Below, in pieces: positions 1 through 7,915 of a DNA stretch of 64,000 nt (the first letter of the stretch is position 1; every line of letters begins with the position of its first letter). The notes beneath the pieces were generated by a model, which did no database searches, had not been told where the DNA came from, and worked only from the letters and a program-made list of their open reading frames with translations. This DNA is from an uncultured Pirellulaceae bacterium (GTDB lineage: Bacteria; Planctomycetota; Planctomycetia; Pirellulales; Pirellulaceae): positions 9,684 to 73,683 of the forward strand of contig CAZJBW010000010.1 of assembly GCA_964543985.1 (NCBI GenBank). Direction: 5' to 3'. The position numbers and the translations under genes were made by a program.

Positions 1-355
1 CCTGATTGTTCCCTTGGGCGTCAACATTTTCGCTTACTGCAACTGTCAAAAGGGCGACCAATGAAGCGAAGAACATCTTTTGGGCCAATATCATGAGTTT
101 GCTTTCGCTAAATGTTTCAGATTTAATCCGCTACTTCACATATGCGGTTATATCAGAGTGTTACATAGAAAGTCTGCAAAATTGCCAGATTGTTTCGGCA
201 CGCTGGGGACTAACACTCGGCTCCGTCACTAAAAACTAACTTGCAAGCTCGCCATCGTGTCAAATGCTTCCTTGTAGGCTCTGCATTTGACACTGCTCGA
301 CTTGCTGTTGCGTTCAAGGCGACTTCACCGTCTTTTTATCAATCCCCTCTTTCAA

Positions 356-568
356 ATGTCAAAACTTCAAAACAACTCCGCCGAACTCCCAAACGAATTC
401 GTTTACACCTTGAGCAAAAGCGAAATCCAGATGTTTGCTGAACACTTCCAAAACCGCGAGTTGACGCTTTCGGAAATGGAAAGCTTTGAAAACCGATTTG
501 AAAAACACATTTGTACTGAATACGTTGTTAGCGCAATCGAGGATTGCTTATCGGAAATCCTCGAATAG
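356..568 (+). CDS. hypothetical small acidic protein (70 aa)
   Basis: ORF 287..568 with first ATG at 356 (MSKLQNNSAELPNEF...). No recognisable motif. Confidence 0.3.
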   Translation: MSKLQNNSAELPNEFVYTLSKSEIQMFAEHFQNRELTLSEMESFENRFEKHICTEYVVSAIEDCLSEILE

Positions 569-1035
569 GAACAGCGTCAAATCCAGGACTTCGGATTTGC
601 CCACTCGCGTAGTTGCCTCGACGCGAACCCCTCCTTGACTCCCCCACTCTGAACTTGGCGACCTGTCCATTTGAAGCCAAAAAACGTTGAGCCGTTGACG
701 GGTTGGACGATTCACGGTCGGCCCATGCCCCCATTCGCGGACGGTTCAAATGGCCTCGATGAATGGCTCTTGGTCAGGGCGGTCAGAAGTTTATGATCGA
801 CTCCCCTGTTGAACAAGCAATGAACGGAGCAATTTGACCGGTAATGAATTGCCATGAACCCGCATTGGTTCGGCGTTGACCATTGCATCGAATAGGTCAA
901 TGCCAGTGCAAACATATTTGATTGAACTGCCTGACTCCTCCACTTCAGTCAGGACGAATTCATGAACTATTCAATTTGCTTGCCTTCGCTCATTGACCTG
1001 TGCTACTCTGAACCGGTCACTCCCCTATCTCATCT

Positions 1036-1644
1036 ATGAAAGAACTACTCAGCGTCGGCGAGGCGCGTAAACTCACAGGCAAATCGGAAAGCACAATCAA
1101 GCGAATGATTCGCGAGATCACGGCCGATGAAAATCATGAAGACCGAGGGCTGATCGAACCTTCACATGAAGAACTTGAGCGGCGTAAGGCCGAAAAAGAA
1201 CCTTATGTCTGGAAGATCACCAAGTCGCTCTTGAAAAAACGATACCCGGTTCATGACCCCGATCAAGACACGGGTCACGGGGGGAGTCATGGAGTAGGGG
1301 ATTCAACCAACAATGACATATCTCAGTCAAAGCTGATTGAACTACTTCAAACACAACTTTCCGGTAAAGACGATCAACTAAAGACGCTTGAGGTTCAGCT
1401 TGATCGTAAGGACGAACAGATATCAAATCTGAATGATCGGATGAGGGAGAGTAATGTACTCATGCAGACGCTTCAAAAACGCCTGGAGTTGCTTCCGGCA
1501 GGTGACGAGACGAACTTCATCCAGGTTAATACAACATCACCCAATACGGACAAAAATACAGCGGATGCCGAAGTAGTTGAAACAAAGAAGAAAACATTCA
1601 TGGATCGGCTCCGCACACCCATTCAAATCTTCCCAAGGAAATGA
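1036..1644 (+). CDS. HTH DNA-binding protein (MerR/excisionase-type N-terminal HTH) with coiled-coil region
   Basis: N-terminus MKELLSVGEARKLTGKSESTIKRMIREI resembles an HTH_17/excisionase-type motif. The central part is heptad-like (LKTLEVQLDRKDEQISNLNDRM). Its stop overlaps the next ATG (ATGA at 1641). Confidence 0.5.
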   Translation: MKELLSVGEARKLTGKSESTIKRMIREITADENHEDRGLIEPSHEELERRKAEKEPYVWKITKSLLKKRYPVHDPDQDTGHGGSHGVGDSTNNDISQSKLIELLQTQLSGKDDQLKTLEVQLDRKDEQISNLNDRMRESNVLMQTLQKRLELLPAGDETNFIQVNTTSPNTDKNTADAEVVETKKKTFMDRLRTPIQIFPRK

Positions 1645-3119
1645 ATCGAGAATTGCCTCACGCATCGGCAAACAATCAACATGAAAGCAAGCCTGAGCCA
1701 GCCTTCGCTGGATTCCAGCGACCAACGGCAAACTTTCTTTTCTGCCCCAATCAATTCTTCGACATCTGTCTCAAAAGTAACTCACGAGGCATGGTGCGGA
1801 TCGTGGCCTATGTTTTGCGGCAAACGATTGGCTGGCTCGACAAAAATGGGATGCCAATCAATCAACAGGTCAAAGTCTCCTATCGCGATCTGATTGAGAA
1901 GGCTGGTGTCAGCAGGGGAGCTATCGGGCCAGCGATCCAACGTGCAGTCGCGATGCGATTTCTTGAGTGCCGAGTTGAAGGATACTCCAAATCGACTGGA
2001 CAATCGAGTCGAACCGCCGAGTACGCGATCCGATGGGATGAAAAAGGGGACTATACAAAGTCATTTGAACACTTCAACGGTTTCTTTACAGGAGAGGGGA
2101 ATCGAACTCAAATTCCAAATGCGTTCTTCGATCAAATCATTTGTACGGAGTCCCTTGCCGTTACAAAAGTCGTTGGAACTGTTCTGCGACACACCGTTGG
2201 TTACGTCAATCAGTTCGGCGGCAGGCGAACGGAAGCCTCTCTTTCATATTCACAAATCCATGGCTATACCAACACGAGCGATAGTTCGACGCTTGCACAA
2301 GCAATTCGAACCGCGATTGATTCAGGTTACATCATTAAAGTCGAAGAAGGGAATTTCAATGCGAGGTCAGACCGGCGAACTTCAGCTTCATATGCGATTC
2401 GATGGCTTGAGACAAACAAGAACGTCGACAACGGTTCAAAAACCAGACCAGAGAGACAACGGTTCAAAAACCAGACCAGCATCGGTTCAAAAACCAGACC
2501 ATTGGAACGGTTCAAAAACCAGACCAGTAATAAAACAACAATTAAAAAAGACATTTCTAAACAACAACTTGTTGCTGCTGAATTCTTACCAGCTGTAAAC
2601 AAGTTGATCGAGGCCGGGTTCAGCTCTGATACGGCAAATGAATTTGTCCAAAAGAGAGGAGTTGCGGTTGTTGAAAGGCAGTTGAAATGGATCGACGCTC
2701 GAAATCCTAAAAATCGTTTGGGTATGCTGCGAAATGCGATAAAAGAAAACTGGGACGAACCGGAAGCGTATCGAGTTAAGCAGAAGATTGCGAAAGCTCG
2801 GACTCGCGACGCCAGGAAAGACGAGTTGCGGTCACTTCAGGATTTTGAGGCAATTCAAAAAAAGAAAGCTCGGATTGAACGAAAGAATCGTTTGTTAACG
2901 GTTTGGGGAAACGCCTCGCTTGCGGATCGAGCTCGATGGATCGAATCAGCAGCCAAAGCTGCCTCGGGAAAAGTGTTACGAGATATTATTCGGCGGCAAG
3001 CCCCAAACATGCAGAAGCCACACTTCCAAGTGCTCGATGAACTCGCACGGGAAATGTCTCTTCCAATGATCGTTTCCAGTGACGAAAACGCTGAATCAAT
3101 TTTGGTGAAATCGAATTAG
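1641..3119 (+). CDS. putative replication initiator protein (two winged-helix-like regions, repeat linker, C-terminal helical domain)
   Basis: Two similar segments (VSYRDLIEKAGVSRGAIGPAIQRAV.. and LSYSQIHGYTNTSDSSTLAQAIRTAI..) resemble wHTH modules of plasmid/phage initiators. It is translationally coupled to the upstream HTH gene, has iteron-like repeats inside it, and a primase lies next door. Confidence 0.5.
   Translation: MNRELPHASANNQHESKPEPAFAGFQRPTANFLFCPNQFFDICLKSNSRGMVRIVAYVLRQTIGWLDKNGMPINQQVKVSYRDLIEKAGVSRGAIGPAIQRAVAMRFLECRVEGYSKSTGQSSRTAEYAIRWDEKGDYTKSFEHFNGFFTGEGNRTQIPNAFFDQIICTESLAVTKVVGTVLRHTVGYVNQFGGRRTEASLSYSQIHGYTNTSDSSTLAQAIRTAIDSGYIIKVEEGNFNARSDRRTSASYAIRWLETNKNVDNGSKTRPERQRFKNQTSIGSKTRPLERFKNQTSNKTTIKKDISKQQLVAAEFLPAVNKLIEAGFSSDTANEFVQKRGVAVVERQLKWIDARNPKNRLGMLRNAIKENWDEPEAYRVKQKIAKARTRDARKDELRSLQDFEAIQKKKARIERKNRLLTVWGNASLADRARWIESAAKAASGKVLRDIIRRQAPNMQKPHFQVLDELAREMSLPMIVSSDENAESILVKSN
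2432..2526 (+). repeat. 4 direct copies of the 19-mer CGGTTCAAAAACCAGACCA (iteron-like)
   Basis: Exact copies at 2432..2450, 2460..2478, 2483..2501 and 2508..2526 (start-to-start spacing 28/23/25 bp), inside the initiator-like CDS. They encode the repeated peptide NGSKTRP / RFKNQTS. Confidence 0.9.
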
Positions 3120-3295
3120 AAAAAGGGGCGTCAACGTCGCGAATGCTTCGACTCAGTGACTCACCTCAAATAAAAAAACGCGACCACAAGGTGTACCGAA
3201 AAATGTCCCATGCACAGGACAGGCAACGGGTCACTCCGCGGGTCGGCAGAACCGAACCAAAAACCGCTTGGCAGAGCCAAGATCGCCACGATGAG

Positions 3296-3423
3296 GGCGG
3301 GGAGCGTCGACGTCCTAACGTCCGCGACCCGTGGCGGTTCCGACTGATCGCATGGAATGCGGCGGCCCCACCACGGGTCGCGGACTTCGCTCGTACCTCG
3401 CTACATCCTCGACGCTCCCCGCC
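3296..3423. repeat. GC-rich nested perfect inverted repeats (15-bp outer arms, 13-bp inner arms)
   Basis: Outer arms: GGCGGGGAGCGTCGA (3296..3310) pairs with TCGACGCTCCCCGCC (3409..3423). Inner arms: CCGCGACCCGTGG (3322..3334) pairs with CCACGGGTCGCGG (3371..3383). The element lies in the 387-bp spacer between convergent gene ends. Confidence 0.85.
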
Positions 3424-3506
3424 GCACACCTTTCCCGCGGTCGGAAACCGCCCCTCTCGGCTGGCGAAGCCAGCGAGCCGCTGCAAAAAATCCCCTCGCA
3501 CCTCGA

Positions 3507-4457
3507 TTACTTTCGCGAAAAGAAGTTGCGGAGCTTGGCGAACAAATGAGGCTTTGCCTTACTCCCTTCAGAACCATCGGCTTCTTGTTTCGATGTCAAA
3601 CCGTTTTCTTCGTCTAACATCGCCCCACGATCAATCGCATGCCCCGTCATCGGAACATCTCGCAACTTCAAATTTTCGTTGCTACTCGAATCGCCAAACA
3701 GATCCCGCTCCAAATAGTGAAGGTGCAAAAAGATTGATTCTTCATTGACTGGAAAAATCGAATTGTGGTCGCCCTGCATGAAAAGCGTGTACTTGCAAAA
3801 CTCTGCATTCATGGCCCATTGGTAAAGGCGATCGGCATGCGTGAGATTGATTAGGCCATCTCTGGCGGCATGCAATAGCAAGACCTTTCCGTCGTACGAT
3901 TCAATCTTGGCTTGATGATTGAAGTGCAATTCAACTTGCTGGTTAACTTCATCCCAATCCTGAATCTGCTCAGCAATGTCCTTACGAGCAAGAAATCGTT
4001 CCTTGATATCTGCAACACCGCTGTCGATCACCAGGCCAGCTAACGTTGGACAACGATTCGCCAATTCCAGAGCGTAGAGCGACCCAATGGAACGGCCATA
4101 GGCAATCGTTTTGGCTGGGTCGATATTCAGCTCCCCAAGCACCCGGTACCCATCTGGCAGCATCGAAACCATTTCGACTTCACCGCTACTACCGCCGTAG
4201 CCTCGATACTCAACCATCAGAACGTTGATTTGATTCATTCGAGCTGACAATGTCGGAATGAAACGGTCTTGGGAGTAGTGCCCAACCGCTTCGCCGTTGC
4301 CATGGAAATGGACGAGCGTCCGTCCGTCATCGTTTCCAATATGGTGGTGACAACGAAGAATCGCGTCTCCAACATCCACTTCAACCGCATCATTGCAACG
4401 AACGTCTTGCGGAAAGAAGTAAGCTTGGCTTATCTCAGGGCTGTTTAGGATCGACAC
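3507..4457 (-). CDS. alpha/beta-fold hydrolase
   Basis: HFHGNGEAVG oxyanion-type region and nucleophile elbow GRSIGS (GxSxG). Late D/H candidates (AARDGLI, QGDHNSIF). Starts 3 nt after the primase stop. Confidence 0.7.
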   Translation of the reverse strand: MSILNSPEISQAYFFPQDVRCNDAVEVDVGDAILRCHHHIGNDDGRTLVHFHGNGEAVGHYSQDRFIPTLSARMNQINVLMVEYRGYGGSSGEVEMVSMLPDGYRVLGELNIDPAKTIAYGRSIGSLYALELANRCPTLAGLVIDSGVADIKERFLARKDIAEQIQDWDEVNQQVELHFNHQAKIESYDGKVLLLHAARDGLINLTHADRLYQWAMNAEFCKYTLFMQGDHNSIFPVNEESIFLHLHYLERDLFGDSSSNENLKLRDVPMTGHAIDRGAMLDEENGLTSKQEADGSEGSKAKPHLFAKLRNFFSRK

Positions 4458-4459
4458 TT

Positions 4460-5692
4460 TTACGAACTTTCAATTTGTTTCCAATCATCGTCAGTAAAAT
4501 CTTCTGGCTGCTTCCCTTCAAATTGGCCATCAAACATCTGGCTGCTAACAGCAAGGCGGACATTTGTTCTCAATTCAGCCAATCGCCACAACAACTCCTT
4601 GAACCCCGCTTCCCCTTCTGCGTCGCAGTCAGGTAACAACATGACTCGGCTATTCGCAACCTGTTTCGAAAACCTGGAAACCATTTCGATCTGTTGTTGG
4701 GTCGCTTTGTTGCTGCAAAGACCAACAGCGGAAACACCGAGGCAAGCAAGCCGTACCACGTTGTTTGCACTTTCAACAACGACGACACCGTGTTTGGCCA
4801 AAGATTCCTTCACATAAGGCTCTTCGAGTCGTGAAGCCTGTCCGCCATAGAGTTCAGAACCACGGTGATAGCCTGCGACGTAGCGATGTTTATTCGGCTT
4901 CTTACCTTCTGGTTTGTTCTGATTCAGCCACTTTCTCCACTTCGATTCGAAAGTCAAATCACGGCCAGAATAGCTCACCACTTCATCGCGAACGTTCCGC
5001 TGCGTGTAAACAAGATAGTTCTTTCGAAACAACGAACGGCCATTGCCGGGAATCCAGCCAATGCCCCATTGTTTCAACACATCCGGTGTCATCCAGGGAC
5101 GCTTACGAACATACGCCGATGCCTCAGGACTCATTTGCGAAACATCCGTTATCAATTCTTCATGCAGATTGGCCAACTCTCGGGCTGCGTCCTTTTCGTG
5201 ACGCCGCAATGGGACGTTCACAGTAGCTGCTGGGCGATTGGGCTTTTGAGCTGGCGTAGCAATTGGAGTGAAAGCTGCTTGACCGGAAACTTCTTTCGAA
5301 CTCGCCGAAGAAGGGGAGTCAGCCAACCCGTTGATCGAATGCAACGTCGCAACTGCTGATTTGAATTCCTGACCTCTGAGCCGTCCGCCGGTTGGTGGCT
5401 GGTTCGTTTCCAAACCATGTAACAGCGTCAACAAATTACCCTTCGTCTCGCAGGCGTGACAGTAAATTCGTTTTGCAGAATCAAGTTTGACCGACAGGTT
5501 TCCATACTGGCTATCGCTACAGGCCTCAGAGAATATGCATGCCATTCTGTACTCAGTCGTTCCGGGCCGACTAAGCGGCAAACCATAGTGCTGCAGCACC
5601 AGGTCAAGCGGAGTCTGCTCAATCAGTTGGTCGACATCGTTCATCCAACCACGGTTTTTAGAATTCATCAATAAGAAGTAAGTTGAATTCAT
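4460..5692 (-). CDS. DnaG-like primase (CHC2 zinc finger + Toprim domain)
   Basis: Zinc finger: C..C...[19 protein letters not shown]. Toprim-like: [12 protein letters not shown]...[14 protein letters not shown] (E ... DxD). The start may instead be the internal Met at 5644. Confidence 0.75.
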   Translation of the reverse strand: MNSTYFLLMNSKNRGWMNDVDQLIEQTPLDLVLQHYGLPLSRPGTTEYRMACIFSEACSDSQYGNLSVKLDSAKRIYCHACETKGNLLTLLHGLETNQPPTGGRLRGQEFKSAVATLHSINGLADSPSSASSKEVSGQAAFTPIATPAQKPNRPAATVNVPLRRHEKDAARELANLHEELITDVSQMSPEASAYVRKRPWMTPDVLKQWGIGWIPGNGRSLFRKNYLVYTQRNVRDEVVSYSGRDLTFESKWRKWLNQNKPEGKKPNKHRYVAGYHRGSELYGGQASRLEEPYVKESLAKHGVVVVESANNVVRLACLGVSAVGLCSNKATQQQIEMVSRFSKQVANSRVMLLPDCDAEGEAGFKELLWRLAELRTNVRLAVSSQMFDGQFEGKQPEDFTDDDWKQIESS

Positions 5693-5712
5693 GATACGCT
5701 TCGTCCAAGCCT

Positions 5713-6603
5713 ATGACAAAAACTTTCAACACTAAAATTGGCGACCGTGATATTCAATTACTGATAGCGATTGACCGTTGTCCATTAACTCCGTCACAGC
5801 TTTGCCACATCAGCAAAACGTTCGAGCGACCTTTCAATGACTCGCACAACGTCAGACGACGCCTTCGAAAACTCGCGGCGGCTGACCTGGTTCAATGCTT
5901 TCCATATACGATTACAGGCGACGGCTATTCTCATCGCTACTACAAACTGACACGCTGCGGGTATCGGTTGCTTTACGGGCCCAAGGTCACACTTCCGAAA
6001 CGAAGATACTTTGAAGCCATCAAACCCGGTCACCATCACCATACGTTTTGCCTTGCCGAGACGATCGTTCACCTTTGCGTGACCGCCCACGAAAACGGTT
6101 GTGAGATCATCTACTTTTCACGTGAGAACAGCGTCAAGCTACAGGCCGATCCATTTACGCTTTACCCAGATTCCGCTTTCGTCGTTAGAAGAAGTGACGG
6201 ACGCACGTTTTCTTTTGTTGTTGAACTGGACAACGGAACTGAACGTGTCAGGTCAAAGCAGGATGTCGAATCAATTGAACGCAAGCTCCGTGGATACGAC
6301 GCCCATCAATCGAAGTACGACAAATTCGATCCAGATCGTTATTTGGTTCTATTTATCACGACTCGCAGCGAGAATCGCCTGCAATACATCATGGACGTCG
6401 CGGCAGACATCATGAAACAACCAAACCGCCGCGTGTTCGTTGGAGCTGAGCTGAATCGACTATTGTCAGTTGATCCGTTTCAAGTTCCCATCTTCGTCGA
6501 TCATCGCGGCTTGAAACGCCAGATGGTTTCAACAGTAGAAACTGACTCAGGTATCAAGACGATGAAGAATCACACCAACCTTTTACGACCGCTGGCGGTT
6601 TAA
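5713..6603 (+). CDS. replication-relaxation family protein (copy 1)
   Basis: N-terminal wHTH pattern DRDIQLLIAIDRCPLTPSQLCHI....VRRRLRKLAAADLV. Later HH.H cluster and PDSAFVV...FVVELDNGTE...LVLFITT, as in Replic_Relax-type proteins. Confidence 0.65.
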   Translation: MTKTFNTKIGDRDIQLLIAIDRCPLTPSQLCHISKTFERPFNDSHNVRRRLRKLAAADLVQCFPYTITGDGYSHRYYKLTRCGYRLLYGPKVTLPKRRYFEAIKPGHHHHTFCLAETIVHLCVTAHENGCEIIYFSRENSVKLQADPFTLYPDSAFVVRRSDGRTFSFVVELDNGTERVRSKQDVESIERKLRGYDAHQSKYDKFDPDRYLVLFITTRSENRLQYIMDVAADIMKQPNRRVFVGAELNRLLSVDPFQVPIFVDHRGLKRQMVSTVETDSGIKTMKNHTNLLRPLAV

Positions 6604-6604
6604 C

Positions 6605-6709
6605 TCAGTCTTTCGTTGCTTCCTTCGTCGATGGTTTTTCTTTCGCTTCAGTTTTAACGGGTTTCTGCGCCGCGCTTTCTTTTTTGTGGGGACTACCGCC
6701 GTTGGTCAT
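6605..6709 (-). CDS. possible small Lys/Glu-rich ORF (34 aa), not in ORF track
   Basis: ATG at 6709 preceded by GAGGAG (5-6 nt upstream). Peptide MTNGGSPHKKESAAQKPVKTEAKEKPSTKEATKD. Divergent from the XRE gene. Confidence 0.2.
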   Translation of the reverse strand: MTNGGSPHKKESAAQKPVKTEAKEKPSTKEATKD

Positions 6710-6733
6710 GTCAACTCCTCTCAGATCGTAAAT

Positions 6734-6752
6734 ATAGTCCATTTTGGACTAT
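6734..6752. promoter_or_regulatory. palindromic operator candidate ATAGTCCA-TTT-TGGACTAT
   Basis: Perfect 8-bp arms, 50 bp upstream of the XRE-family gene start. A partial repeat of the half-site (GGACT) follows at 6761..6765. Confidence 0.4.
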
Positions 6753-6801
6753 TCCAAATCGGACTTTACCATCCGCACCTTTGCCGTGCAAGGTTCGAAA
6801 T

Positions 6802-7083
6802 ATGGATAAAACGATCTATTCCGCTGAATACGCCGCTTTGCTTCGCGTATTGAAGCGAACCAGGGCCGGTTCCGGGATTACTCAAACCGAATTGGCCGAG
6901 CAGCTTGGCATGACGCAGTCGGCATACAGCAAGCTGGAACGGGGCGAGCTTCGAATTGACGTCATTCAATTGCGGATAATCGCAACTAAAATTGGCGTGT
7001 CGCTCGTAGACTTTGTTGGCGACCTGGAAACGGAAATTGGCAAACGCGAACCGCGACGACGAAAATCATCGCGCCGCAAGTAG
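6802..7083 (+). CDS. XRE-family HTH transcriptional regulator
   Basis: ITQTELAEQLGMTQSAYSKLERGELRIDVIQLRIIATKIGVSLVDF is a classic Cro/C1 HTH_3 pattern. The first ATG in the ORF is at 6802. Confidence 0.8.
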   Translation: MDKTIYSAEYAALLRVLKRTRAGSGITQTELAEQLGMTQSAYSKLERGELRIDVIQLRIIATKIGVSLVDFVGDLETEIGKREPRRRKSSRRK

Positions 7084-7575
7084 TCTGTCGACCCGGTGGT
7101 AGTATTTTCGCAGGGTATCTCTGGAGCCAGCAAAGAACAGAATGCAAACCGCAAGTCCGCAAACGAACTCGATCCACGAAAACCCCTCGCTAATCCATCT
7201 GGCGGACAAAGCAAGCACGATTGCGATCATTGAGTTGCTGTAAAACTGATAGAAGCGATAGTGGATCGCGATCAAGAACTCAAAGCTATCCTCCCTACCT
7301 GCCAGTCTCGAAAAATCCCAACTCGGATGCTTGATACCACTTCGTTGATGAATCGTATCAACGATGGCCCATCGAATCGTACTGACCGTCATTCCGGCGA
7401 ACACGGACGCGACGGTTAGAAACAGGAAACCACCGACTGACGGTGACGCTTCTCCCGATTTCCCAAGCCATGTCATTAGCGTTTCCGAATGGTGAGCCAA
7501 TCCGAGCAGCAAAATAAAACCGGGCAGCACAAACGAGATCAACAAACCAAAGTCTTTTTCACGACTCGTACTCAT
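7066..7575 (-). CDS. hypothetical membrane protein (about 4 TM segments)
   Basis: Hydrophobic stretches LLISFVLPGFILLLGL, GGFLFLTVASVFAGM, SMIAIVLALSA and FVCGLAVCILFFAG. Its 3' end overlaps the XRE gene by 18 nt (convergent). Confidence 0.5.
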   Translation of the reverse strand: MSTSREKDFGLLISFVLPGFILLLGLAHHSETLMTWLGKSGEASPSVGGFLFLTVASVFAGMTVSTIRWAIVDTIHQRSGIKHPSWDFSRLAGREDSFEFLIAIHYRFYQFYSNSMIAIVLALSARWISEGFSWIEFVCGLAVCILFFAGSRDTLRKYYHRVDRLLAAR

Positions 7576-7915
7576 GGACTTACGCTAACACGTTGTCATT
7601 CAAAACAAAGGAACGTTTGTTGCGAAACCTCCAGCAGATTGCATAATCACAAAAACATTCACTCGTGATTTTGCTCGGATATTTGTCGACGAAGTGATAT
7701 CCTGAAATCCCAATGGCTGGCCCTTCCCGCCGTTACATTGATTTGCCCATGCGCAATCAACCGACTTCCTAAGCCAAACATTCGTTTTTCGAGGCCAGAT
7801 CAGATGGCTTCTCCTGGTTTCCGAAAACGAAACCGAGCCCAAAACCCTCGTGAGTTCCGGGAAGCGGTCTCGCTAACCAAGGTCTGTGGCCTCCTGGGCT
7901 CGCCCTTGAAGTGGC

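Noticed and set aside
640-648. TCCCCCACT (reverse complement AGTGGGGGA) resembling the ATTAGTGGGGGG tandem repeat near the tRNA, considered as the distal att site
   Set aside because: It is only a 9-nt match and lies in inverted rather than direct orientation, which is not convincing as an att repeat.
528-915. Minus-strand ORFs 528..749 and 712..915, and plus-strand ORF 6..239 at the left edge
   Set aside because: They have no motifs, poor start contexts and overlap one another. The 569..1035 region looks non-coding, with a small CCTGACT..AGTCAGG hairpin near 929..952, so it was left unannotated.
2432-2526. The four 19-bp direct repeats considered as a possible mini-CRISPR array
   Set aside because: The spacers are only 4-9 bp. 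The repeats are in frame inside a long CDS and encode a peptide repeat, and no cas genes are present. An iteron or linker repeat is the better reading.
1894-2598. 234-aa alternative-frame ORF inside the initiator-like gene
   Set aside because: It is entirely nested within the longer 1641..3119 frame, which has coherent domain-like repeats and translational coupling to the upstream gene.
3143-3748. 201-aa plus-strand ORF and the 111-aa minus-strand ORF (3166..3501) in the GC-rich spacer
   Set aside because: The Arg/Pro/Ala-rich composition is typical of random ORFs in GC-rich DNA. The plus ORF runs antisense into the well-supported hydrolase gene, and the region is dominated by perfect palindromes.
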